From: an uncultured Candidatus Saccharibacteria bacterium
Lineage (GTDB): Bacteria; Patescibacteriota; Minisyncoccia; Phycocordibacterales; Phycocordibacteraceae
DNA: 38,339 bases
Assembly (NCBI GenBank): GCA_964455225.1
Contig: CAYVUT010000001.1
Span: 18,247-56,585, forward strand
Direction: 5' to 3'
The position numbers and the translations under genes were made by a program. Within the stretch, counting starts at the first letter, position 1. Each line of letters opens with the position of its first letter. Shown here one piece after another: positions 30,971-38,339 of the stretch. The notes under the pieces are model-generated. The model searched no databases. It had not been told where the DNA came from and saw nothing but the letters and a program-made list of their open reading frames with translations.

Positions 30971-31006
30971 AAAACCCGCGACGGTTTCCCGTCGCGGGTT
31001 TTGTGT
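30971..31006 (+). terminator. Rho-independent terminator
   Basis: aaaacccgcgacgg-tttc-ccgtcgcgggtttt-gtg. Confidence 0.85.
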
Positions 31007-31020
31007 TACCCTCGATACAC

Positions 31021-31092
31021 GCCCTCTTAGTTCAATGGATAGAACGGCTCACTCCTAACGAGCAAATCCAGGTTCGACTCCCGGGGAGGGCA
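31021..31092 (+). tRNA. tRNA-Arg, anticodon CCU; CCA not encoded
   Basis: Acceptor GCCCTCT/GGAGGGC plus discriminator A. D-arm GTTC-AATGGATA-GAAC. Anticodon loop CTCCTAA. T-loop TTCGACT. There is one A-C mismatch in the anticodon stem and one in the T-stem. Confidence 0.7.
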
Positions 31093-31100
31093 CAACAGAC

Positions 31101-31128
31101 GCGACACCTGCCCTGCGGCAGGTGTCGC
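31101..31128 (+). terminator. 12-bp GC-rich hairpin after tRNA-Arg (terminator-like)
   Basis: gcgacacctgcc-ctgc-ggcaggtgtcgc followed by gcgttgtg. Confidence 0.5.
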
Positions 31129-31235
31129 GCGTTGTGCCTGGCGCAGCTATGTCCCGTCAGCAGACGGGACCGCGAGCCGGGGTCGAGAAAATCCGTGAGC
31201 GACGGCGAGCGGATTATTCGTGACCACGTAGAGAT

Positions 31236-31275
31236 AAAGAAAAAGCTCCAACGCATAGCGCCGGAGCTTGAAAAA
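31236..31275 (-). terminator. Rho-independent terminator of the lipoprotein gene
   Basis: Minus strand reads ttttttcaagctcc-ggcgctatgcgtt-ggagcttttt-ctttatc. Confidence 0.65.
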
Positions 31276-31292
31276 ACAACAGTAGGTGAATA

Positions 31293-32141
31293 TCAGCCCT
31301 TGCAGTCCGCGCCCACGCACGGTGGCGGAGGCGGCGGATTCGGCAGCGCGGTCGCGTTACCCGTCAGCACAGCCTGAGTGTCCTGAATCGTCTGCTCATC
31401 AGCTCCAAAGGAGCGGAGAAGCGATACGACCGAGTCCACCTGGGAATCTGTGAGAGCGCCGACATTTGCGGGCCGGAACGTCGAGACGTCCGACGGTAAG
31501 AACTGCACGACCGACTGGTTGAACGCTCCTTCGATGACGGCGCCCGTTGCGCCGCACGCACCGCGCGTGTCAGGTGCAAGTCGGATTGCCAGGAAAGGCG
31601 CACCGGCCGGTACCTGCTGGTTGAGCTCGATGAAAAGCTCGTCCAGGCCAGCGAACTGCGTACCATCAATCCGAATCGTTGCGGCACCGTCGCTGAGTGC
31701 GGCGGTGACGTATTCGGTAACTGAGTAGGTTGCGTCCCTGACGAACGCACCCACCTCGACTGGCCCGCCAGCGTACTGGTCGACGAACTCGTCGAAGTAC
31801 GCGGGAACTCCCGACACTTCAGACCAGCTCGTGCCAGCGGAGCCGTCCGTGTTGATGTCATTAATCACGCAGAACGTGATTGCCGACAGTGCAGACGGAT
31901 CGCAGCCAGTCATGCGCAAGCGCAGCTGTTGTGCCCGGCTGCCGACTGAGCCATCATTCCAGCCCTGGAGCGCGAGGCCGGCAGGGATATCGATGGTCTC
32001 AAGTACGGCGATGCACTCGCCTTGCGGCGTCGGAACGGACTGTACTTGCTCGGCCGGGTAGTTGTTGATGGTCTTCTCATCGGTACAGCCCGCGAGGGCC
32101 GCGAAGAGAAGGGAAGACAGCACTATGAAGATGTTGCGCAT
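31293..32141 (-). CDS. Lipoprotein, function unknown
   Basis: GGGAGAG SD-like sequence 5 nt before ATG 32141. Signal peptide with lipobox MRNIFIVLSSLLFAALAG|C. The C-terminus contains NPPPPPPCVGADCKG. Confidence 0.7.
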   Translation of the reverse strand: MRNIFIVLSSLLFAALAGCTDEKTINNYPAEQVQSVPTPQGECIAVLETIDIPAGLALQGWNDGSVGSRAQQLRLRMTGCDPSALSAITFCVINDINTDGSAGTSWSEVSGVPAYFDEFVDQYAGGPVEVGAFVRDATYSVTEYVTAALSDGAATIRIDGTQFAGLDELFIELNQQVPAGAPFLAIRLAPDTRGACGATGAVIEGAFNQSVVQFLPSDVSTFRPANVGALTDSQVDSVVSLLRSFGADEQTIQDTQAVLTGNATALPNPPPPPPCVGADCKG

Positions 32142-32251
32142 TTGACTCTCCCTACTGGTTGGAAAGGAACAGCAGCCCCGAAGGGGCAGTTAAAGCTGTG
32201 TATATTATAGCACATTATACTGATACACGTCAAGTGCGCCTGGAGGCCTGG

Positions 32252-32257
32252 TATACT
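32252..32257 (+). promoter_or_regulatory. Extended -10 box TGgTATACT, 6 nt before GTG 32264
   Basis: ccTGgTATACT-gcccag-GTG. It sits in an AT-rich divergent spacer. Confidence 0.45.
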
Positions 32258-32263
32258 GCCCAG

Positions 32264-32557
32264 GTGGACCCCGAATTGAAGCAGCTCCTCGCGGAGAATC
32301 TCGAGCTCTCGAAGCAGAACAATAAGATGCTGCGCGCCATGCGACGCGACGCGTGGATTGGCCTTATCTGGCGAGTCATCTTCTGGGCAATCGTTTTCCT
32401 TGCGCCGCTCTACTTTTACCAGAACTATCTGGCGCCCCTGGTCGCCCAGTACCAGGCAGCCTTTCCCGAGGGCAGCAGTCCCGCGCCTGGACTCTTTGGC
32501 CTCCCATCTTTCGCAGAAATACAAAAACTGGTAGACTCGTACCGATCGTCTCAATAG
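32264..32557 (+). CDS. Small membrane protein (97 aa)
   Basis: The ORF track starts at TTG 32159; GTG 32264 is preferred because of the -10 spacing. An amphipathic N-terminus (DPELKQLLAENLELSKQNNKMLRAMRRD) precedes one TM helix (WIGLIWRVIFWAIVFLAPLYFY). Confidence 0.55.
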   Translation: MDPELKQLLAENLELSKQNNKMLRAMRRDAWIGLIWRVIFWAIVFLAPLYFYQNYLAPLVAQYQAAFPEGSSPAPGLFGLPSFAEIQKLVDSYRSSQ

Positions 32558-32565
32558 GACGGCCT

Positions 32566-32638
32566 GCTTGGATAGCTCAGTTGGTAGAGCACTTCCCTGA
32601 AGAGGAAGGGGTCGTCGGTTCGAGCCCGACTCCAAGCA
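32566..32638 (+). tRNA. tRNA-Phe, anticodon GAA; CCA not encoded
   Basis: Acceptor GCTTGGA/TCCAAGC plus discriminator A. D-arm GCTC-AGTTGGTA-GAGC. Anticodon arm CTTCC-CTGAAGA-GGAAG. T-arm GTCGG-TTCGAGC-CCGAC. Confidence 0.92.
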
Positions 32639-32643
32639 CTTGG

Positions 32644-32649
32644 TATAGT
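32644..32649 (+). promoter_or_regulatory. Extended -10 box TGgTATAGT, 7 nt before ATG 32657
   Basis: TGgTATAGT-aagagcc-ATG, beginning 3 nt after the tRNA-Phe 3' end. Confidence 0.45.
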
Positions 32650-32656
32650 AAGAGCC

Positions 32657-33739
32657 ATGTTTCGACGATTTGTCGCATGGGTGGGCAGATACGAGCGGCA
32701 CCTCTCGGCGGCCGCAATGTTCTTCGGATTCGTCTCCGATGCATTCTTCTTTGAGCGGGTCGATCTACCGGGAACACAGCTTCTCTTTGCGGCCTATGCG
32801 TTCGTATGCCTAGTCTCCATCACCGTGCTGCATCGTATAGAGTCCCGCGCTCTTTCCGGGCAGCCACGCTCCTGGCTCCGGCCGTTTCTTCCGATCGTAA
32901 CGCAATTTGCACTCGGCGGCTTCCTGAGCGGCGTGCTCGTTGTGTACGGCAGAGGCGCATCAGTCGGTGTCTCATGGCCGTTTCTTCTGTTCGTGGCCGT
33001 CATGCTGATAGGTAATGAGGTCTTGCGCAAATATCACGATCGCCTGATCTTTACGAACACGCTCTTCTTTTTCGCACTATATGCGTACGCGATCTTCACG
33101 GTGCCGGTATACACGGGCGGCATCGGTGTTGGCACATTCCTCATAAGCAGTGCATGCGCTCTCGGATTCCTCTTTTTGTTTACTGGCCTACTCCGCTTCG
33201 TCGGCCGCGAACGGTTTCAACAGGACGTCAGGCACATGCGTCTCGGTGCGATCAGCGTACTCCTGGTCGTGAATCTCTTTTACTTCACGAACGTATTGCC
33301 ACCCTTGCCGCTCACGCTCCAGTCGGGAGGCATCTATCATGCGGTTCAACGCTCGGGCGATGCGTACATAGCCACTGACGAGGCGCAATCATGGAGGGTG
33401 GCGCTTGGTGCTCCGGCGATACTCCATGTCCGCGATGGGGAACCGCTGTATGCGTACAGCGCCATTTTTGCGCCTGTAAAGCTCAACACCACGATCATTC
33501 ATCGCTGGCAGCGCTACGATGAGGCGGCCGAGGCTTGGAAAGTGCAGTCGGTCGTGTCGTTTCCGATCATCGGAGGCAGGGATGGGGGGTATCGTGCCTA
33601 TTCCATCAAATCGAACCCAAGCGAAGGGCGGTGGCGGGTGAGCGTAGAGACTGCAGGAGGGAAAGTGCTTGGCAGGATCGATGCGACGGTCCTCAGGGCG
33701 ACCACGTCGCCAGCGTATCTCGAGCGTACGCTTGAGTGA
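32657..33739 (+). CDS. Polytopic membrane protein with C-terminal beta domain (DUF2914-like)
   Basis: About 7 TM helices, then a soluble C-terminal domain IIHRWQRYDEAAEAWKVQSVVSFPIIGGRDGGYRAYSIKSNPSEGRWRVSVETAGGKVLGRIDATV. That domain resembles the DUF2914 pattern. The family name is from memory and was not searched. Confidence 0.55.
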   Translation: MFRRFVAWVGRYERHLSAAAMFFGFVSDAFFFERVDLPGTQLLFAAYAFVCLVSITVLHRIESRALSGQPRSWLRPFLPIVTQFALGGFLSGVLVVYGRGASVGVSWPFLLFVAVMLIGNEVLRKYHDRLIFTNTLFFFALYAYAIFTVPVYTGGIGVGTFLISSACALGFLFLFTGLLRFVGRERFQQDVRHMRLGAISVLLVVNLFYFTNVLPPLPLTLQSGGIYHAVQRSGDAYIATDEAQSWRVALGAPAILHVRDGEPLYAYSAIFAPVKLNTTIIHRWQRYDEAAEAWKVQSVVSFPIIGGRDGGYRAYSIKSNPSEGRWRVSVETAGGKVLGRIDATVLRATTSPAYLERTLE

Positions 33740-33742
33740 CGT

Positions 33743-34243
33743 TTAACCGGCTTTGACGCGGAGTTTGGTCTGACGTGCCTTATCAAGTTTCGGCATGATG
33801 ATGACCAAGAGGCCGTCTTTTGCTGTAGCAGAAGAGCTCTCTACGTCCACTTCTTCAGGAAGCTGAATGGTACGGGAAAATGAGCCCCAGAAGAGTTCGC
33901 GCAGGAAATAATCGAGTTCGGGAATGTGCTCACGCTCCATGCGCGACCCTTCGATCTCAACGCGGTCGCGGCTGATAGAAATAGAGAGCTCGTCAGGGCG
34001 GACGCCTGCGACGAACGCGCGAACGACGAATTCATTGCCGGTCTGGTGGAGGTCGACGGGAAGCTGGCCTGCGCTCGTCGGTTCTTCTTCAGGCATTGCG
34101 CTTGGCGGAGCGAAGCGCGAGGAGTTGCCGCGCGTGATCGTCGGCGTTTGCGGCAGATTGTCGTCTTCGTCAAACGCGTCGAGGTTGTGTTCGACACGCA
34201 TAGTGCCGGAGAGGCGTTCGAAGAAGGTTGGTTTTTTGCTCAT
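33743..34243 (-). CDS. Small heat-shock protein, Hsp20/alpha-crystallin family
   Basis: Alpha-crystallin domain LPVDLHQTGNEFVVRAFVAGVRPDELSISISRDRVEIEG...GSFSRTIQLPEEVDVESSSATAKDGLLVIIMPK. Confidence 0.9.
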   Translation of the reverse strand: MSKKPTFFERLSGTMRVEHNLDAFDEDDNLPQTPTITRGNSSRFAPPSAMPEEEPTSAGQLPVDLHQTGNEFVVRAFVAGVRPDELSISISRDRVEIEGSRMEREHIPELDYFLRELFWGSFSRTIQLPEEVDVESSSATAKDGLLVIIMPKLDKARQTKLRVKAG

Positions 34244-34249
34244 AGGTAT

Positions 34250-34255
34250 ATCTTA
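34250..34255 (-). promoter_or_regulatory. -10-like TAAGAT (minus strand), 6 nt before hsp20 ATG 34243
   Basis: Minus strand reads gc-TAAGAT-atacct-ATG. It overlaps the prsW stop codon. Confidence 0.3.
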
Positions 34256-34963
34256 GCAGACATTTTTAGGCATATTGCGGTATCGGAAGTATTTGAGAAT
34301 CTCAAACGCAGCGAAGAAGACGAGAGCAGCCGTCCATACGAGGAAAAATGCACCGAGCACTTCTTGCCCGCTCTCTTTGATGATAAGCAGGTTGAATGCC
34401 GCGTGCAATGCGGTTGCGAGGATAAGTCCGATTGCAGCAAACGCGATGCGTGCTCCGGGTCCCCGGTGATACGACCACGCGAGCGCGAAGCCGATGATGG
34501 AAGAGGCGAGCACGTGAAGCAGAGTCGATCCGAGGAAGCGGAGATGGTTCGTGATGAGCGAAGCGGCGATACCGTCATTTACAAGCGGGTCAAGCAAGAA
34601 GAGCGCGTTCTCGGCGGCTGCGAAGCCGAGGGCGACGGTGAGCATGTAGATCACATAATCAGGAGATTCGTCGACGGCGCGTCGCCAGAGGATGAAGAGA
34701 GCGGCAAAGACGTATTTGACCGTTTCTTCGATCGCAGCCCAGGCGATAAAGAGGGCGGGGGTGAGCGCAAGCGTGTCGCGCGCAAGATTCTCTGGGTAGA
34801 TGACAAAAGGCACCGCAAGCATGCCTGCGACAAAGGCCAGGGTTACTACCGATCGGGGCTCTGGGCAACGACTGTCTTCTCGAAGGAGGAAGTAGAGCCA
34901 GATAAGCGCTGGCAAGAGCCCGCCGATGAATGCATAGCCGAGGATGAGCGGGTCGATTTCCAC
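34253..34963 (-). CDS. prsW: PrsW family intramembrane metalloprotease
   Basis: Seven or eight TM helices with the PrsW signature motifs AAIEETVKY (EExxK), GFAAAENALF and HVLASSIIG. The GTG start lies 4 nt after the valS stop. Confidence 0.75.
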   Translation of the reverse strand: MEIDPLILGYAFIGGLLPALIWLYFLLREDSRCPEPRSVVTLAFVAGMLAVPFVIYPENLARDTLALTPALFIAWAAIEETVKYVFAALFILWRRAVDESPDYVIYMLTVALGFAAAENALFLLDPLVNDGIAASLITNHLRFLGSTLLHVLASSIIGFALAWSYHRGPGARIAFAAIGLILATALHAAFNLLIIKESGQEVLGAFFLVWTAALVFFAAFEILKYFRYRNMPKNVC

Positions 34964-34967
34964 CTGG

Positions 34968-37121
34968 TTATCTTACCACTGGCCAGCGGGCTACCATGAG
35001 GAACTCCGCGTCTTTCTGTGGGAGAGATTGATAGATTTCTTCGGTCACGAACGGCATGAACGGGTGGAGGAGCTTGAGGAGCGCATCAAGCGTTTCCGTA
35101 AGGAAACGTGCGCGAGACGCTTTTGCCGCTTCGTCCGAGCCTTGGAATATCGGCTTCGATTCCTCGAGGATCTTATCGGCAAGCTCGTGCCATGCGTAGT
35201 GGTAGAGCTTTTCGGCAGCGAGATAGACGCGATATTCCTCGATGTCGGTCGTGACATCTCTTGCGATCGCATCGAACGCAGTCTTAAGCGCGCCATCGGC
35301 TTCGGTAAGCGGAGCGGAGGCATCTGCGTTCTGCGTATTCTCCAGGATGAAGCGGGTGATGTTCCAGAGCTTGTTTGCAAAATGTTTGTAACCTTTCACT
35401 TTGTCCTCGCTGATACGGGTATCAGTGCCAGGCGTATTTCCAACCACGAGCGCCATGCGTGCGGCATCTGCACCGAACTTCGCCGCAATGTCCAAGGGGT
35501 CGAGGTTATTGCCGAGCGACTTTGACATTTTGCGTCCCTGCGCGTCGCGCACGAGGCCGTGAAGATAGACGGTCTTGAAGGGGACAGTGCCGAGCGCGAA
35601 CTCGGTCATGAGGATCATGCGCGCAATCCAGAAAAAGAGGATGTCGTACCCGGTCTCAATGATTGCGGTGGGGTGGTAGGTTGCAAGGTCTTTTGTCTTT
35701 TCGGGCCAGCCAAGAGTGGAGAAGGTCCAGAGTCCAGAGGAGAACCAGGTGTCGAGCGTGTCTTCGTCTTGCTGCCACCCGTCTCCTTCTGGAGCTTCGC
35801 CGACAGCGATTTCATCGCCGCGGTACCACACCGGAATCCGGTGCCCATACCAGATCTGACGGCTGATGCACCAGTCGCGCAGATTCTCGATCCAGTGGAA
35901 GTACGTCTTCTCGAAGTGATCGGGAATGATCTTGAGTTCGCCGTTTCGAACCGGCTCCAGCATGAGCTCTTTCAGAGTCTTCCCGCGTCCCGGAACTTCC
36001 TTATTTACGGCCACCCACCACTGGAGCTTGGGCAAGGGCTCCACGATGCCGCCCGTGCGCTCTGCGGTAGAAACGTTCTGCTTAATATCTTCCTCTTTCT
36101 CAAGGAGTCCCTCGCTTCGGAGCCACTCCACTACCGCTTCGCGCGCGTCGGTTGTCTTCAGGCCAGAAAGGCGGCCGGGAACCGTCATCTTCGCGTACTC
36201 GTTGATGACAATCTTGTCCTTAGGAAGATTATGACGTTCGGCTATATCCCAGTCGATCTGGCTGTGTGCAGGCGTCACGCCAAGCGCGCCGGTCCCGAAC
36301 TCTTTCTCGACGCTCTGATCGGCAATGATCTTAATCTTGATCGGCACATCGCAGAAGACGGCCTCGTATTCTTTTCCGACAAGATCCTTGTACCGCTCGT
36401 CTTCAGGATGCACGGCAACCGCTACGTCTCCGACTTTCGTTTCTGGACGGGTGGTGGAAATGGCAATGGGGAAGTCCTTTGAGTATTTGAACGTGTAGAG
36501 CTTTGCGGATCGCTCCTCGTATACGATTTCGTCGTCGGAAATAGTGGTCTGCCCCTTCGGGTCCCAGTTCACGATGCGGTTGCCGCGATAGATGAGGCCG
36601 GCGTCATACATCTGCTCGAAGGCGGTGCGCACCGCCTTCGAGCGCGTCTCGTCGAGCGTGAACGCTTCGCGCGACCAGTCAAGCGATGCGCCCATGGTCT
36701 TTACCTGGCTCGTGATGGTGTCGTGGCTCTCTTTGGCGAACGCCCCAATGCGCTTCAAGAGTTCTTCGCGCCCGAGGTCGTGGCGACTCTTGTTCTCATC
36801 TTTCTTGATCTGTTTTTCCACTACTGATTGCGTGGCAATCGCCGCATGATCGGTGCCTGGTATCCAGAGCGTCTTCTTTCCGCGCATGCGGTTGAAGCGC
36901 ACGAGGATGTCCTCGATGGCGAGCATGAGCGCGTGGCCCATGTGGAGGCGGCCCGTAACGTTGGGTGGAGGAAGTACGATCGAGTACGGCTCGGCATTTT
37001 CGGAGGTTACTCCGTTTTTGATGCAGGTATCCGGGTTGAAGTACCCGCTCGCTTCCCACGCCTCGTATATGCGCGGTTCGGTTTCTTGGGGCTGGTAGGG
37101 CTTGAGGAACTTTTCGTCCAT
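34968..37121 (-). CDS. valS: Valine--tRNA ligase (short form, no C-terminal coiled-coil)
   Basis: PPPNVTGRLHMGHAL (HIGH region), an editing-domain insertion (TTRPETKVGDVAVAVHPED), WCISRQIWYGHRIP, KMSKSLGN and an anticodon-binding helical domain. 717 aa. Confidence 0.93.
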   Translation of the reverse strand: MDEKFLKPYQPQETEPRIYEAWEASGYFNPDTCIKNGVTSENAEPYSIVLPPPNVTGRLHMGHALMLAIEDILVRFNRMRGKKTLWIPGTDHAAIATQSVVEKQIKKDENKSRHDLGREELLKRIGAFAKESHDTITSQVKTMGASLDWSREAFTLDETRSKAVRTAFEQMYDAGLIYRGNRIVNWDPKGQTTISDDEIVYEERSAKLYTFKYSKDFPIAISTTRPETKVGDVAVAVHPEDERYKDLVGKEYEAVFCDVPIKIKIIADQSVEKEFGTGALGVTPAHSQIDWDIAERHNLPKDKIVINEYAKMTVPGRLSGLKTTDAREAVVEWLRSEGLLEKEEDIKQNVSTAERTGGIVEPLPKLQWWVAVNKEVPGRGKTLKELMLEPVRNGELKIIPDHFEKTYFHWIENLRDWCISRQIWYGHRIPVWYRGDEIAVGEAPEGDGWQQDEDTLDTWFSSGLWTFSTLGWPEKTKDLATYHPTAIIETGYDILFFWIARMILMTEFALGTVPFKTVYLHGLVRDAQGRKMSKSLGNNLDPLDIAAKFGADAARMALVVGNTPGTDTRISEDKVKGYKHFANKLWNITRFILENTQNADASAPLTEADGALKTAFDAIARDVTTDIEEYRVYLAAEKLYHYAWHELADKILEESKPIFQGSDEAAKASRARFLTETLDALLKLLHPFMPFVTEEIYQSLPQKDAEFLMVARWPVVR

Positions 37122-37130
37122 GATTCAAGA

Positions 37131-37136
37131 AATATA
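37131..37136 (-). promoter_or_regulatory. Extended -10 box TGcTATATT (minus strand), 9 nt before valS ATG 37121
   Basis: Minus strand reads ttTGcTATATT-tcttgaatc-ATG, between the tsaD stop and the valS start. Confidence 0.45.
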
Positions 37137-37150
37137 GCAAAAATAAGCCC

Positions 37151-38338
37151 TTATGCGAGAGATAGGTTTCCGTTTGCGGTAAGAGAATCCAGGTCAGTAA
37201 ATTCGTTGCGCGATGCGCGGTAGAAGCCGGAAAGGGCAATCATAATGGCGTTGTCGGTCGTGAGCGAGGCGTGGGGGATACGGAGCGCTACGTGCGGGTG
37301 CTCGGTTTTCACTCCTTCGGTAAAGACGCGACGGATGTGAGTGTTTGCGGAGACGCCGCCGCCGATGACGAGGGTTTGCGCGCCCGAGCCTGCGAGGGCG
37401 CGTGATGTCTTTTTCCATAGCACATCACCTACGGCGTTCTCAAATTCATGCGCGATATGTTTTTTTTCTTGCTCGGATATCTCTTTGTCTTTGAGGAGGT
37501 AGAGTACGGCGGTCTTGAGTCCTGCAAACGAGAAGTCGCAGCTCGCGTCATTGATCATCGGCCGCGGCAGAACGTAGGACCTCCGATGTCCTACATTCGT
37601 ATCGAGGTCCGACCTCGATAATTCGGCGAGGCGGGAGATTTCGGGGCCGCCCGGATAGGGGAGTTGAAGCATGCGGGCCACCTTGTCGAACGCCTCGCCC
37701 ACCGCGTCGTCTCGCGTCTGCCCGATGAGTTCGTACGAGAGCCATTCACGCATCAGCACGAGCTCGGTATGACCACCGGAAATCAGGAGCGCGAGTACGG
37801 GCATCGCTACGTTTTCTATCGCGAGTGAATCACCGTTATTCTTGGCGAGCGCAGAAAGGATATGGCCCTCCATGTGATTCACTGCGACAATGGGTTTATT
37901 CCAGGCTACCGAGAGTGCTCGGGCAAAGTTGATGCCGACCCAGAGCGCGGGTTCAAGTCCTGGTCCTGCGGTCACGGCAATCGCATCTATTTCTGGGACC
38001 TCGCACTCGGCAATGAACTCGAAGAATTGTTCGCCAAGGCCCGGTTCGCGCGACAAAATCGGTGCGATCTTGTCGCGCATCTCGCCCGGCATCGCCTGGG
38101 CGTCTTCTCGCAGCAGCTCCGCCTCTTCAAGTGCCGCTTCAAGGATGGGCACGAGGTTCTTCGCATGCTCGCGCTTCGCGAGCGCGGGGAAGACGCCGCC
38201 GTATTCTTTATGAATCTCGATCTGAGAGAGCAGTGCATTTCCGAGCACTTTGAACTCTGCCGCCTGCTCATTTCCGGTGGCTTCAACGATCGCAATCGCG
38301 GTCTCGTCGCAAGAAGTCTCAATCGCGAGGATTCTCAT
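37151..38338 (-). CDS. tsaD: tRNA N6-adenosine threonylcarbamoyltransferase TsaD (Kae1/Gcp family), with an ~40-aa insertion
   Basis: MRILAIETSCDETAIAIVE, GGVFPALAKREH, TAGPGL, NHMEGHI, ISGGHTEL, DDAVGEAFDKVARML, YPGGP, FSFAGLKT, GGGVSAN and TDNAIMIA. The start ATG lies 1 nt from the window end. Confidence 0.93.
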   Translation of the reverse strand: MRILAIETSCDETAIAIVEATGNEQAAEFKVLGNALLSQIEIHKEYGGVFPALAKREHAKNLVPILEAALEEAELLREDAQAMPGEMRDKIAPILSREPGLGEQFFEFIAECEVPEIDAIAVTAGPGLEPALWVGINFARALSVAWNKPIVAVNHMEGHILSALAKNNGDSLAIENVAMPVLALLISGGHTELVLMREWLSYELIGQTRDDAVGEAFDKVARMLQLPYPGGPEISRLAELSRSDLDTNVGHRRSYVLPRPMINDASCDFSFAGLKTAVLYLLKDKEISEQEKKHIAHEFENAVGDVLWKKTSRALAGSGAQTLVIGGGVSANTHIRRVFTEGVKTEHPHVALRIPHASLTTDNAIMIALSGFYRASRNEFTDLDSLTANGNLSLA

Positions 38339-38339
38339 G

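Noticed and set aside
33926-36482. Plus-strand ORFs of 357 aa (33926..34999), 193 aa and 307 aa opposite hsp20, prsW and valS.
   Set aside because: The minus strand carries clear Hsp20, PrsW and ValRS signatures. The plus-strand products are Arg/Asp/Glu-rich shadows.
1-38339. A search by eye for mobile-element or defence hallmarks: transposase, integrase, terminal inverted repeats, CRISPR repeats, restriction-modification, toxin-antitoxin pairs and reverse transcriptase.
   Set aside because: I found none. The only candidates for acquired DNA are the compositionally odd small genes next to ssrA and tRNA-Ser, reported as findings.

Overview
GC-rich, very compact bacterial DNA with genes on both strands and intergenic gaps often under 40 nt. 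I found no transposase, integrase, CRISPR array or rRNA. The gene content points to a reduced-genome bacterium, possibly Patescibacteria/CPR (Parcubacteria-like). The supporting traits are a short ValRS, a TsaD with an insertion, many signal-peptide or TM-anchored hypothetical proteins, tRNAs without encoded CCA, and start codons placed directly behind -10 boxes. This lineage call is inference only.

Layout:
- 1-8217 is an accessory cell-surface island. It holds a PT-rich tail, a collagen-triplet secreted protein, a 798-aa glycine-rich/FN3 protein and two small anchored proteins. It ends with a translationally coupled trio: one dockerin-bearing FN3 protein followed by two C-terminally membrane-anchored cohesin-like paralogs.
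- 8281-10500 holds an orphan SD-led gene, then ssrA (tmRNA), smpB and a patatin-like lipase, all on the minus strand.
- The rest is housekeeping: ftsH, recG, malic enzyme, a NUDIX hydrolase, lemA-htpX, a histidine phosphatase, a YciB-DUF192 fusion, class II RNR (nrdJ), RNase P RNA, an O-antigen-ligase-like/TPR membrane protein, murJ, lepA, an FtsB-like protein, a glutaredoxin-like protein, a lipoprotein, a DUF2914-like membrane protein, hsp20, prsW, valS and tsaD.
- There are five tRNAs: Ile-UAU, Ser-GGA, Gly-CCC, Arg-CCU and Phe-GAA.

Most interesting observations:
- The enzyme-free cohesin-dockerin module.
- A recurrent leaderless promoter/start architecture that also fixes several start codons.
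- A genomically encoded tRNA-Ile(UAU).
- A stand-alone promoter-to-terminator unit that encodes only a 43-aa peptide.
- Several structured intergenic elements.

All domain calls come from motif recognition by eye. No database search was run.
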